From Lama glama (taxonomy: Eukaryota): 64,000 nucleotides of DNA. The notes beneath the pieces are model-generated. The model ran no database searches and was not told where the DNA came from. It saw nothing but the letters and a program-made list of their open reading frames with translations. Every line of letters begins with the position of its first letter. The stretch's first letter is position 1. This document shows, piece by piece, positions 12,614 through 26,070 of the stretch. The stretch spans positions 84,880,001-84,944,000 of the forward strand of contig CM052817.1 of the NCBI GenBank assembly GCA_028534125.1, in the 5' to 3' direction. The position numbers and the translations under genes are program-made.

Positions 12614-14293
12614 GTCAATGGCTTGGGAGAAGAATGACTAGAATACATAGGCAGGGATATTTTTTAAAGAACTATGTGGATGGACTCATGGCGATGGGTG
12701 CGGGTTCTGTGTGTCTCATGTTGATGCCCAGTGAAAATAATCCACTGTAGAAGGGACATTGAACAACTGGTGAAGAAGATGCCTCATCTGATAGAGGTAT
12801 GCCAGCCTCTGTCCTCAGGCACCCTTTTGCCTACCATAAGGGCATGATGAATAGCCATGGTGGTACTGATGATGGCCATGCATGGAACCAACAGCACGGG
12901 CTTTCTTTTAGCCAGGATGATGTAGCTCCTGTCACTACTAAATGTCTGATCTATCAGCAGCAGGGATCAATGCTGGGCCCTTGATACGGTATGTTATCAA
13001 ACAGACCAGCTCTCCATTTAGTGTCAGGTTGTTACAGAAGCTCCTTTCCAGCCTGATGAGGGCAGTGATTCATTCTCACTAAAACTGACACTCACTCCCT
13101 ATATGAATTTTCCTGCAGTATAGAGCACCACAACCTGAGAGTTTAGAGAATGTCAGATTTACTGATGTGGGATACCGCAAAACAAATCTTTTGACACGAC
13201 CGTGGGACCAATCTGATGAGTATATCCTACTCATTTCAACAGTCTATGTAAGTCTCAGCTATGGCTGCTTGGGATGATGTCCTACAAAGTTAAACTGCTG
13301 TCCTTCAGGATGCATTATATGACCAAATATCTGCTATTTGAAGCTGTACCTTCAATTGCTAGAATATATGGATTCAAGGACAAAGGAGAGGAAGTAGGAG
13401 CAATCCTTCTCAATATGACTTTAATGGCCCACTCTAGAAATTTGGGTTCTACCCCCCGCCCCCACAACAAATCTAGGGTCTATGGATTGGACCTTTTGGT
13501 TCCCAAGCTTCTACTGGGGATACAGTAAGGATTTTACCTTCACTAAACTTCTAACTATCAATGGATGATTTGTAATTCCCCTTGTCAGGCCCTGCCAAGA
13601 GCTCTAGAACTTAAACCTGCGAATTCTAGAATTGGTGGTAGAGAAAGGACCTTTACTTGGCTGTAGCTCTGGGTGCTGCAACTTATTCCACTAACTCTTC
13701 TGTATCAAGCATTTTCAAAAGATGTGTCTAATGTCTAGTTTGAAAAGTTAGTGGCAGAGTGGTTTTAATGTGGGGCACTCATGGATAAGAATGCTGCTAA
13801 GAGTAGACTGTAGCTGATGCTTTGGTGTGCTGAGTCACATCCCATTGGTCCTCATCAGATTTCAGTCATAGCATGCTGAAAAGTTCTGTGCACACTCGGA
13901 CTCACATGGACATAGTAGTGCCTTAAATGCACTTTTCTCTCTTCTTTCTGAAGTCTTTGGAACTCACTCAGTCAGTGTGCAAGTGATGCCCAGAAATGTG
14001 GGAACTTAGTGCTCTGAGGGTGACCCTCAACCAAAGTGGGGCAGGAAAGTAAATATAAATGGTCATTCTTCTATCTTTTTAATGAGTGATTCAGGGAGGC
14101 ATTATGGGAAATTGACATTCCATTGCCCACCACATCAGCTTCCAAAATTCCATAGCCTTATATTTACTTTCCCTCATTTTCTTTCTCCCTCTTTCTTATT
14201 CATGTTCTCTGTGATCATTTTCAAAATAAATTACCTACACTGAAATTCTTGTCTTGGACTCTCCTTTCCAGTAATTCAAACTAAGATGATATC

Positions 14294-15280
14294 ATCTGAA
14301 ATATTGAAATTTTAAGAGTTTTTATGTGGCCAAAACTATTATTCTTTTCCTTTATGTCTTCTGTGTTTTGCTTATGAAGCCCTAATCACTGTAAGATTAT
14401 GAAAACATTTGTCAGTATTTCCTTTTAATACTTTTAAAGTGCAGTGTCTAAGTACTAATCATTTATTTTATCTACTTTATGAGATATGAATTTACTGTTA
14501 TTCCTTAATAAATATAGTCAACTATCCTCTCACCAGTTTTTGAATAGTTCATTTCCTTTACAAATTGATTTTGAATGTCATTGATGTCATATACACAATT
14601 CCTACATGAATTTTATTGTGGTTTATTGATCTATACTTACATCACTGTGCTCGTATCACAATACTTTAATTACGTATTGTATATTTTGATATCTGATTGG
14701 GCAAGTTCTATTTTTAGTGTTTTATTTATCTGTTTTTTTTCACAATTGCTTTGACCATTTCCATACACATGCTGTTCAGTATAAACTTTACTAACAGCTT
14801 TACAAATTCTGTGAAAAATCCCTTTGAGGTTTTTTATTGAGATTATTGATGTCACATTGAATTTGTATATTTATTTGTGGACATATAACACCTTTACTGA
14901 ACATTTTCATTCAGAAATTAATCTACTCGGTGTTTCTTTTTGACTCTTAGTACAGTTTTGCTTACTTACTTGTTTTCTCACTCTACATATTCATATTTCT
15001 TATAAGGTTTACAAGGTTTATCTGTTTTTCATAGGTTTTGTTTCTTTTTACATAGTTTGTTAATGGGATCTTCTTTTATATTACAGTATCTAGTTGTGAG
15101 GGAGTGTGTAAGAGATGAGGTATACAGGAGACTATTGTTTTTGTAAGTTGGTATTGTATCAGACCATCTTACAGAACTCTCTTATTAGTTTTACTGTGTT
15201 TTTTTGTTCATATAGATGGATTTTCCAGGAATAGAGTTGTATCATCATGTAATGAAAGTTTTCTTATTTTCTATTATTTT
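14294..15280 (-). mobile_element. old L1M ORF2 fragment (continuation of the element at 7330-8592)
   Basis: Minus-strand ORF 14670-14855 has L1 ORF2-like 'ELAQSDIKIYN'; T-rich antisense L1 composition. Confidence 0.65.
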
Positions 15281-15771
15281 CATGCGTAGGAGAGTAGACA
15301 CATGTACTAAATTCCATTTTCCTCATTAACCTTTTTTCCATTTCTGGATGTGGACCAAGCAAATTTTGAATTTATATGAAGATAAATCCTGTGTTCATAA
15401 AGATGAAAAACCAGAACTAACATATAAGAATGGGAATCCAGAGTCAGAAGACTGATTTGGGGAAGAGCCAGGAGTCAGAGAGTGATCAGAATCAGGTCCC
15501 AAGATACTTAGTAAGAATCTGCAAGAGTCAAAATCAAGGAGAAAATTCAAGCCAAGATTCAAGAATGCTAAAAATTTGATTCTTTTTCTGCAACAGAGTC
15601 TTAAGTTTGAACGATATGAGGTGATCAGAGATTGGAATGTACCACCTAGGAACTGAAGTGTTGCTACAGTCATAACAATGGAAATTTATGGGGTAGAGAA
15701 GATAAAGGTGCAACTGAAGCATTTAGAATGCTCTCTACCTTTGTGGGATTTTGTTGTTGTTGTTGTTAATA

Positions 15772-16131
15772 TTTTTTTTATTTTATTTTTAACATTTTTT
15801 ATTGATTTATAATCATTTTACAATGTTGTGTCAAATTCCAGTGTTCAACACAATTTTTCAGTCATACATGGACATATACACACTCATGGTCACATTTTTT
15901 TCTCTGTGAGCTACCATAACGTTTTGTGTATATTTCCCTGTGCTATACAGTGTAATCTTGTTTATCTATTCTACAATTTTGAAATCCCAGTCTATCCCTT
16001 CCCACCCTCCGCCCCCCTGGTAACCACAAGTCTGTATTCTCTGTCTATGAGTCTATTTCTATCCTGTATTTATGCTTTGTTTTTCTTGTTTGTTTGTTTG
16101 TTTGTTTGTTTTTTAGATTCCACATATGAGC
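15772..16131 (-). mobile_element. young lineage-specific L1 3' end running into a gap
   Basis: Poly-T tail plus 'ttttattgatttataatcattttacaatgttgtgtcaaattccagtgttca'; near-identical to 44313-44451. Confidence 0.9.
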
Positions 16132-16631
16132 NNNNNNNNNNNNNNNNNNNNNNNNNNNNNNNNNNNNNNNNNNNNNNNNNNNNNNNNNNNNNNNNNNNNN
16201 NNNNNNNNNNNNNNNNNNNNNNNNNNNNNNNNNNNNNNNNNNNNNNNNNNNNNNNNNNNNNNNNNNNNNNNNNNNNNNNNNNNNNNNNNNNNNNNNNNNN
16301 NNNNNNNNNNNNNNNNNNNNNNNNNNNNNNNNNNNNNNNNNNNNNNNNNNNNNNNNNNNNNNNNNNNNNNNNNNNNNNNNNNNNNNNNNNNNNNNNNNNN
16401 NNNNNNNNNNNNNNNNNNNNNNNNNNNNNNNNNNNNNNNNNNNNNNNNNNNNNNNNNNNNNNNNNNNNNNNNNNNNNNNNNNNNNNNNNNNNNNNNNNNN
16501 NNNNNNNNNNNNNNNNNNNNNNNNNNNNNNNNNNNNNNNNNNNNNNNNNNNNNNNNNNNNNNNNNNNNNNNNNNNNNNNNNNNNNNNNNNNNNNNNNNNN
16601 NNNNNNNNNNNNNNNNNNNNNNNNNNNNNNN
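16132..16631. other. assembly gap (500 N)
   Basis: Run of n. Confidence 1.
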
Positions 16632-19257
16632 AAACTGTGTATGCAAGTTTTGTTTTTTTCCCTTTCCAAAACTGAAGCATTTGCACATAGAGTCTACCTA
16701 GGATTATTGTTGAATGGCTAAGGCTTGGACTTAATAACTGACTGCTGATAATAAGTAAAGTAGAAACCCTTTAGCTTCTCATCACTCTTAATTATCATTT
16801 TTGACTAAAAAGGTGAAATGAGTTTTAACTTCCCTTCCCAAAAATATGGATTCTTTTTTTGAGGAGTGCAGTAATATAACTACTAATTGGCTTCCTTAAA
16901 TCCATAACATCAGGTGATGTCTATCAACTCCCAGCTCTAAATATTTCAAGCGCCTGTGACTATAAATACTAGCCTAAAAAATTTTTTTATAATAGTCCTA
17001 TTACTATCTATTAACAATATAATTTAGAAAGTATTATTTTATATATTATCCCCATGTTTATGTCTATTTATTGCAAGCAGAGAGATAGACAAGGTAGGCC
17101 ATATTAATTGATCAGAAGAAGAAAAATTCTTACATGCAGATAAAATGAGAGGAATGAAGTAGTATCAGCTATACTAATTAAATTAACACAAATGAGTATA
17201 AATAAAAGTATGAAATAATAAAGAATATATCTTCTGACATAGCAGTATAGTCAAAGAGACTCTGGGAAAAGTGGTATCAGACTCATTAAAAATAAAACCA
17301 GAAAATAGTTTCAGTCACCCATGGGAGAATAAGAAATATATAAAGCCAGCTGCATAGAAAACTTAAAAGCAGGAACTGATGAATAGAGAGGACAATCAAT
17401 GAAAAACTGTTGTATTGAGCAGGTTGTTCACATGTCTGTAATGAGTCAGAGTAACAAAAATGTTTACATTCAGTACTAATGAGAATATGGTGATAGCGGA
17501 AGATGATCTAAAATAGAAAATAGTAGAGAAAAAAATGAGTATACACATGAACCTTCATGTTTTATTTTATTGAAAAGATGATTTTAAATGAAATATTAGT
17601 AAAACTAAAAGGGAAATGACTGAAAAGTATTGGTATTGCACAATGGTAAAATTACAAGGATATTTTAATGAGAATGAAATTCTAGGGAAAAGTGTATGAC
17701 ATTAACACATTACACACTGATTCATCATTATTAGCTCTGATATGGTAAACACCACCATGAAAAATTATGATTCATGCATTATCTTAAGGCTTTGGGGAAA
17801 GGATCTTACTTGTCCATCAAGTATGTAATATGGATCAGTATATAACTGTTGCCAGTAAAAGAAAATTTAGGGTCAGTTATAACAAATAAGTTTACCGTTG
17901 ACCTTTAATGCACTGTTTTCCTTAGCTTATTCAAGAAACTCTGCAGACTGCACACTTGAATAGAGAGAGAAATTTATTCTTTTATCAAGAAGTATTAAAA
18001 TATTTAATGCTTTAAGGTTAGAGCCAGGGCCAAAGTTAATGAACAATTTGCAAGTTTAGCAGTTGTAGCAAAGATTCAAATTCCTTTTCAAAAGATAGGA
18101 TTGAAATGATCAACGCCTATGAATAATTAACTTTTGTACAGCAGAATAATTGCCAGAACTCTCATATATTTGGGAAATAACTATTCCCAACTTTGACAAA
18201 GTGACATATACATAATTGGTCATGCATTGCAATTCACTTCTCCAAGGGTTTATCTACAGGGGAGATTGTAAAGGCTTCTCTCTTCCCTGTCAAATGCATT
18301 ATAGAGTTATACTAGCTTGATCATAATTGGTCCAGCAATGACTTTTTATTTTAATTTCTTTAGTTTTTACTTTACGTTTCATCAGCTCTGAGAAGGATGC
18401 TTTTCTGCGCAGATAGAGATGAAATCTGTGGGGCAGAAGCTCCTGAGACTTTATGAAACAGGAGGCCCTCGTGCTTTCTACTAGTTGCTTAGTTGCTAAC
18501 AGTGAAGGAATAAAAGGGCACTTCCTCTTCTAGAATTGGGCCATAGTCCTGGAGTGTGGAAATTTTAGAATCTAAAATTCTGGTATCCAGCATCTCTCAG
18601 TTAATTTCACCACAGTGAATATGTATCCTGTCTAACAAATTTTTAACTATCACAGACAGGCACATATTCAGTACTCAGAGATATGTAAGAAATATGACCA
18701 CAAAAGAGTTAAAAGAGGTAAGCGCATAAATGAAAAAGGCAAATCATAATAACATGCTCTTACCAAACTCCTCTGAAAGTTTTAGCAATATTTTATCAAA
18801 ACTATCTGTGAAAAAGTGAAAATCTAATACTTTCCTCTCTGGTGGTATTGGAATAGTTAATAAGTGATGACACTGCAAATCAATGGCAGAAGCTGAATTA
18901 GAAAAACGCCACTCATTCATATGCTTTGGATATAAGCAGAACAAAGATAATGAAAAGTAGTCTATTCTTTCATAACTCTATAGTACATTCCTAAGAAAGT
19001 ACAAATTGTCAAAGTAGTAATAAAAATTTTAATGAGAAAAAAGGATTATGAGCTGAAGAATTTCAGATTTGAAGTACAATTGTTTAGCTTTTAAGAATTA
19101 ACTAAGTAAAGTACATTTTGTGGTCCTAAGTGTATTTTGTTGTCATAATTTACAATTAGCATTCTGGTTGATCAATACTGACAAAAAAAGTAACCTAAAC
19201 ACCACTAAGAAAATCCTGAAAATAACTCTAATAAGATATTTGCTAGAAAGTAATGGG

Positions 19258-19998
19258 CACTTCATTTCATAACAATGAGGATGGGTACAATTGAAAAAAA
19301 AAAAAACCAACCCCCCAAACCCAGCAAGCAGGTATTATGTGGAGAGGTTAGAACACTTGTACACTGTTGGTGGGAATTAAAACTGGTGCAGCCATTATGG
19401 AAGACGGTATGGAAATTCCTCAAAAGAAGAATTAAAATAGAATTACCATATGATCCAGCTTATCCACTTCTGGGTATGTCCCAAAAGAATTGAAAGCAGG
19501 GACTTGGAAGGATATTTGTGCAACCATTTTCATAGTAGCATTATTTATGAGAGCCAAAAAGTAGAAGCAACCTAAGTGTCCTTTGTCAGAGGAATGAAAA
19601 AGCTAAATGTAGCTTGTGCATACAAATAAATGTGATTCAGCCTTAAAAAGGAAGGAAATTCTAACACATGCTACAACATGGATAAATCTCAAGGATATTA
19701 TGCTAAGTTAAATAAGTTAGTCACTAAAGAACAAATACTATGTGATTCCACTTATGTAAGATACCTAGTATAGTCAAATTCATAGAGACTAAATAGAATG
19801 GTGGTTTCCATGGGCTGAAGGAGGGAGGAATGGGGTGTTTTTTTAATGGGTATAGAGTTTCAGTTTTTCAAGGTGAAAAGAGTTCTAGAGATTGGTTGTA
19901 CAACAGTGTGAGTGTAATTAATGCTACTGAGTTGTGCACTTAACATTGGTTAAGATGGTAAATTTTTTGTTAAGTGTATTAACAACAATTTAAAATTT
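19258..19998 (+). mobile_element. L1 (L1MA/L1MB-type) 3' end
   Basis: ORF 19275-19493 [24 protein letters not shown]...ELPYDPA is the L1 ORF2 C-terminus, followed by L1M 3'UTR. Confidence 0.9.
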
Positions 19999-22900
19999 TG
20001 AAAAGTGTAATGGGTTTTTACAGTTACCACTAGCACAAGCATAAATACACCATTACATAAATGCATTGTTATTACTATTACAGCACAGTCGACACTCACC
20101 AAAGACAGACAAAAAGCATGCATTTACAGTTTGATCACTCAGCCTCTTAAAGTGGTTGTGTGTCACTAAGCCAGATTCCTGTTTGGTTTACTGATGTTCT
20201 CAATTATCAAGTAATGACTAACAAGCAGTCTCTGTAAAATAAATTCCAGTTCAGAATAAATCTATTTTATTAGGGGCAATTTGTATTATAAAGACTTACG
20301 CTACAGGAGAAATAGTTTTGCTGAAGTAATTTTGTTTTTGGGTTTTCATTTCAATGCTGATTAAAATGTTTATATAAGAATATTTTGATATGTGAATGGC
20401 TGCTTTGTAACTAAACACTCCACTCTGAGTTCAGTCCCAGCATTTGCTTTCATGTTTATGATTACATTGGGACCCCGTGGTGACCTGAAGTGACAGCATT
20501 TTTACTTTTATATATTAAAGGACATTATTGGCTGTCACTAGTTGATATATCCCAGAGTTAAAAAGCTAATACATATTCGACATCTATTGCATTCATATGG
20601 AATTATTTTAACAAGTTCCTTGAAAACCTTACTTTTTGGCAATAATTTACAATGGGCAGTCATCTTCATAGACTATGGCTTTATTTTAAAGTTATTCATT
20701 CAATTCATACTTTGATTTAATACCACAAAAATAGCATAGCATAACAGAGTAATTGTAACAGGCTAATGAGAAAAGAAGAAAGGCAAATTTGATAAGAATG
20801 ATGCATTTGAGCCAGAGGAGGTCCAAAGAGCTCCAGGAAGAATTTTATAAGAGAAGTATTAGTTTTGTTGGGCTTAGAAGGCCTGGGCTTTAGTGTTTAG
20901 TACCATGTTTTGCATTGCATGAATTCTGTCTTTGTGGGTACTAATGTGTATAATTGTTCATTATCGGTAAGTGTAATAGTACTTTCCTAGTACTTTTTGA
21001 GATAATATTTTAAACATTTTTTTCAGAATTTTCATGGTGCACATTTTGGTGTACATTGTCAGACTGATTCATCAGGTTATTGAATTAGCATATAAAAGAA
21101 GCTCATCGTTTAATTTCAGCCAAACAATATTGTCCAAAGTATTAAACTACTACTATTAATTTAAATTTTACTAGATACATTATTGTGTTTGTATTTGACT
21201 TTCAGGTCTTTAATCTATGAACTGTTAACACTAGAAAAAATATTGCTGGCTTTATGTTTATATTCATTTAAGAAACATTATCATAAAAATAACAAATTTA
21301 TACTGGAAACATGCCAGGATTTCTTTAAAGAGTGTATGCATTTGTACATGGACAAGGATACAATGGAATAACCTAATGCTTAATTTTAGGGAATATTGTC
21401 CCTGTGTCTTCTGTGTTTTTACAATGTAAAGTTACTTTGTCTTTGGGAATCACAGTGAACTGATTCATCTAGAGTCATATTGCATGATTCTTAGGAGAAA
21501 GACTAAGGAAGTTATAACAATATGAAAATGGATATGTAACTGTATACATAGGAAAGACTACTAGGATTAAAACCAGTCAATATACGATTAGAAGATTCAT
21601 CTATGGTAAAATGTGGAAGTATTTAATAAAGGACTTGTTTGCATTTAGAAGTGACATTCTAAGAGAATCAATAGTACACTCATTTTTTTAAAATTTTGCA
21701 TTTAAATGACTTTGGACAAAAGTTTCTTTCAACCTATCAGCCATTTAAAAAGCCTTGGAATAAGCTTAAATATTTTGAACAGATCTAAATTGTGAAATAG
21801 GTCTTCAGATTTTGCAGCCAGAAATAAAAAATTGAGGCCAAAGGGTAAAGGACAATATGGCTTAGGCTTTAAATGGAAAGAGAACAGAGACAAAGAGAAA
21901 ATGATCTGGCATTATGTGCTCACATTAATGGCAGTAATTAAGCTTTGCAGTATCATTAGATATGATAACAATAATTTATAGCCTTTCATGGTATTTCACA
22001 TGCTAGGCATACAGAAGCATATGATAGCAAGACCCCTAATATTTCTCATTGTTATTTTTTTCCAAGGAAATAATGCCATTCAGTTGTCATGAATTGGGGA
22101 GATACACAACACAAATTTGGATCTTTCTCTTCAAAGGAGAAAAGATGGAATGTCATGCCTTTTAACCATCTGCAAAATATATGGCAGTAGTAAAATGCTA
22201 ACAAGATATTAAGGTGAATAGTTCTAAGAGTACAGTATTTAAATTTATAAAAGTTAATTTGGCATTATATTAAACACTGAATTAATGTTCCCATCAGCCT
22301 AACAACTGAACTATGACATATTATACCGTAGTGTTTAATTGAACCAAGATATTCCAGGTTTTGATTGTGGGAAATCAGTCATTAATCAGTGCAAATTTTC
22401 TAATGCTGTAGTTAGTGTAGAGGAAAACCCCTGCATGGGTACTTTGGAAATGCAGCCCCAATGACAGGAAATGAGCAATGTCTTTAAGAGTTAAATACTG
22501 AATTTAAATGACTGTGACGGTCAGCCTTAATGAATAACTGTGTTTATTTTCTCTCTTGAACATTAAGTTAAATCAAAATCCAAATTTTTATTTGGTTCTC
22601 AAGGCATATTTACAGAGGACATTATAATAATTAAATTAGATTTTTTCCCTTGATTTTTGAGCTGAGTCTTCACTTCAAATGCCCCAGGTGATTATAGTGA
22701 AAAGGCAATTGCAATTTCAAACTTGAATTTTGAATTCAAAAGTTCAATATAAACAGATCCTTTAGTATAGTGCTATGCAATTTTGAAAACCCATCAGACA
22801 CAAGTTTTTGGGGAATTGTTTTAGAGAGAGTTGACCTACTAATTTCAAGGGACATAACACAAGAGTGCAAGGTCTTACATTGTTTTTTTGATAGGATTTT

Positions 22901-23719
22901 AATATATTGTAAAAGTTACAAAAACTAATGTAGCTAATTTTATCTTCCTTAACAGGTAGCTTAGTGCAACCTGCCCTTGGGTTATGCTCACATGACATTT
23001 TTGTTTTCTGTTTTCTGGTTATACTTGTAATTTAGGTAATCTCTTGAAATTTAAGCCAGAAAGCTAGAACAGAAGCAGAAGAGCTGCTCTATGTCATCCA
23101 GTTCTTATAATAATAACATAAACACGACTTTTAGCCACATTTCAAGGTTCCTTTCTACTTAAATTGGTAACTTTTAAAAAATTATATTGATAACATCTCT
23201 AAAAACTGGTATGTAAGTGCTATAAAATCCCCTTTCCCCAGTTGCTGAGTTGACAATTAGACTCTTTTCAGAGTAAAGCTTTAACTTCAAAGAAGTTATT
23301 CACAAATGGGTCTAGTATGCCCAGTAGAGGCTTTTAAATGAGGGATGTAATCCCAGGAGCAGTGAGTACACCTGCTAAATAAGGAGATAGACTGTAAATG
23401 TAAAACAAAAATCAGAAATTCATTTACCCAGTCTACCTTCCAGACTTAGCAAAATCAAATTCTTACTCCCCAAATGGCTCTTACTTTGCTCAACAGACAT
23501 ATTTAATTCTCACTTCTGATGCTATGCATCTGATAGTGCATTTCAGCTAATTCTTGACATCTCAAAGACTGAGTGTATAAGATGAATATTATTCATGACT
23601 TCTTTTGTCTTGTTCACAGTTAAAGCTTTTAATATTTGGTCATTGAAGTATAATTCTTCAGTGACCAAATGTAGTCCTGGGAGTGTTGATACTAATCTGA
23701 ATTCCAGTAATGGCTGCCA

Positions 23720-24180
23720 TGATGAATAGACTAAATGGAGATATTTGGGAGGAGATTTAGTAGGATTTGGAGACTGGATATGGGAGGTAAGATAGATGCC
23801 AGTTTTTCAGCCCTAAGGAAGAACAATGCCGTTTAGTGAGATGGAGGACATAGGAAAACAATAGAGAAGAGTAGAATAGCGGTAGTGGGAGGAGGAGGAG
23901 GAATTAAAATTTAGCCTGTTGGGTTTGAGGTGCCTCTGCTACATTCAAGTGGAGGTTTCATATGCAGTATGATACACAGACTTTGATTTTAAGAAAGGGG
24001 TCTTGGCTGGAAGAATAGATTTCAGATTGATGAGTATAGAAAGGAGCAGAGTTTCCAAATGTGGGAGAGATTGACCAAGTACAGTGTGTAGTTGGCAAAA
24101 GTGAAATTTCAAAGAATAGCACCTTTAAAATAATGGGTAGAGGAAGAACAGTATCACAAAGGAACTGAGGAGAAACAGGC
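23720..24180 (-). mobile_element. L2 fragment
   Basis: 'taggatttggagactggatatggg', 'ttgggtttgaggtgcct...ttcaagtggagg'. Confidence 0.7.
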
Positions 24181-24334
24181 TGAGTTCCTGGCCACAGGGT
24201 TGATATTTTCCAAATTCAAAGCCCTTCACAGTCAGCTGCATCTTAGCTTTCTGGATTTATTTCTGAAAACTTTACTGTTCACTGTTCACTCCAGTAGGAT
24301 AAACTCTTTGTTGTTTCCTTCACATGACATACAC

Positions 24335-24745
24335 TTTTTTTTTCAATTGTGGTAAAATTTCAAACCAACACATAACATGAGATCTAATTAATTTAACTTC
24401 TTATATATAGTACTGTGTTGTTAGCTATGTGAACATTGTTGTTAGCAGGTCTCTGGAACTTTTCAAACTTGCATGACTAACAGTCTATATACACAGAACA
24501 GTGACTCTCCCATCCCACCCTCCACCCCAACCCTCCCACCCCTAGCAACCACCAGTAGTATAATTTCTGTTTCTATGAATGTGACTACTTCAGGTACTTA
24601 CAGAAGTGGAATCATGCAGCATTTCAGCAGTATTTTGTAGTGTACAAACTTTTGCTTCCTTGGTTATGTTTATTCCTAATTATTTTATTATTTTTGATGC
24701 TACTGTCAGTGAGGTTGCTTGCTTAATTATTTTTCAGGTTGTTTA
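24335..24745 (-). mobile_element. L1MA-type 3' end joined to an internal L1 piece
   Basis: Poly-T plus 'attgtggtaaaa...acataacatgagatct', 'ctagcaaccacc', 'agtggaatcatgcag'; then 'ttccttggttatgtttattcctaa...tttttgatgc'. Confidence 0.75.
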
Positions 24746-25214
24746 TTAAGGCATCACCAAGTACTATTTTTGCCTTACTAAAGGAAGAGATTCCACAGTT
24801 TAATGACTCAATAAAGGCTTTACTTTCAAGATATTAAACCATAGATGAAACATGGAGGATTTAGGCACTTTTCATAGAGGTGAAAGCAATATAGATTGCT
24901 TTGACATTATTATTAAATTACCTTTATTTACCTTTAAAAACATCACAAAGTTTCACAGTTTGATGGAATCACATAGGCCTCTCAGAGACCACAAATTGTC
25001 TCAAGGAAGAGGCTCATGTCTCAGGAAAAAGGCTCAGTGTGTTTATGAGTGAATTTTCATAATTGGGTAAATTTAGTTTACACCAATGAGAGTGAGGAGA
25101 CCATGAGAGAAAAAGAAAAGCAAGAGAGAGAGAAAGAGAGAACAGAGAGAAAAAGTAAAGGAGGTATATGATAGTAAATATTTTCCTAGTTAGAATTTTA
25201 TGACTTTGAGGGGA

Positions 25215-25805
25215 TTATAAGAGACTACTTATAAGAGACTACAAATTGGATAACCTAGAAGAAATGTATAAATTCCTGGAAACATAAATCTATCAAGCTC
25301 AAATCATGAAGAAATAGAAAATCTGAAAGACCTATAATTAGGTAAGGAGATTGAATAAGTAATCAGAAAAACTCCCAACAAAGAAAAGTCCAGGGACAGA
25401 TGGCTTTACTGGAGAATTCTACCAAAACATTTAAAGATGAATAAATGCAAGTCCTTCTCCAACTCTTCTGAAAAATCGAAGAACAGAAAACACTTTCAAA
25501 CTCACTTTATGTGGCAAGCATTACCCTAATAGCAAAGCCAGAAAAAGACACTACAGAAAAGAAGGCTATAGGCCAGTAACCTGATGAATATTGTTGCAGA
25601 AATTCTCAACAAAATGCTACCAGACTAAATTCAACAGCATATTAAAACAATCATATAGTATGACCAAGTGGGATTTATCCCCGGGATGCAAGATTGGTTC
25701 AATATCGATCAGTGTGATACAATACATTAATAGACCAAAGGATAAAAACCACATGACCTGTCTTTAATAGATGTTAGAAAAGCATTTGACAAAATTCAAC
25801 ATATT
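25215..25805 (+). mobile_element. L1 ORF2 internal fragment
   Basis: 'aaattggataacctagaagaaatg', 'gaccaagtgggatttatccccgggatgcaag', 'aaaagcatttgacaaaattcaacat'. Confidence 0.9.
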
Positions 25806-25899
25806 TAATGTTTTAATATTCAATTTTAAATGTTTAAAAATAAGTTTTTCAGAATACCTGAGTTTGACAAATCTATAACAATTATCTCATTGTCAATTC

Positions 25900-26070
25900 T
25901 TGACCGCCTGAGAACTAACTCTCTGGGGGCCCAGGTCTTTGCAGTATCTTCACCCGTAAAATAGAAACAATATCTGCCTCATGATGTTGCTGTGACTATC
26001 AGAAAAGATAGTACGTGCAAAGATTTACCTTGGCATGTAACCAGGGCTCAAAATATGGTAGATAAGAATA
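25900..26070 (+). mobile_element. MIR fragment
   Basis: 'cagtatcttcacccgtaaaatag...ctgcctcatgatgttgctgtga'. Confidence 0.55.

Larger units (their letters stand above)
8598..14288 (+). mobile_element. degenerate two-LTR ERVL provirus (LTR16-type LTRs, ERV3-16A3/ERVL-E-like internal region)
   Basis: Homologous LTRs ~8598-9073 and 13809-14288, each with aataaattacct; 5-bp TSD atatc (8593-8597 and 14289-14293); ERVL pol remnants inside. Confidence 0.8.

Noticed and set aside
15828..16721. Long ORFs of 191-297 aa around the first gap
   Set aside because: Artefacts of translating the N-run; the upstream flank is L1 3'UTR.
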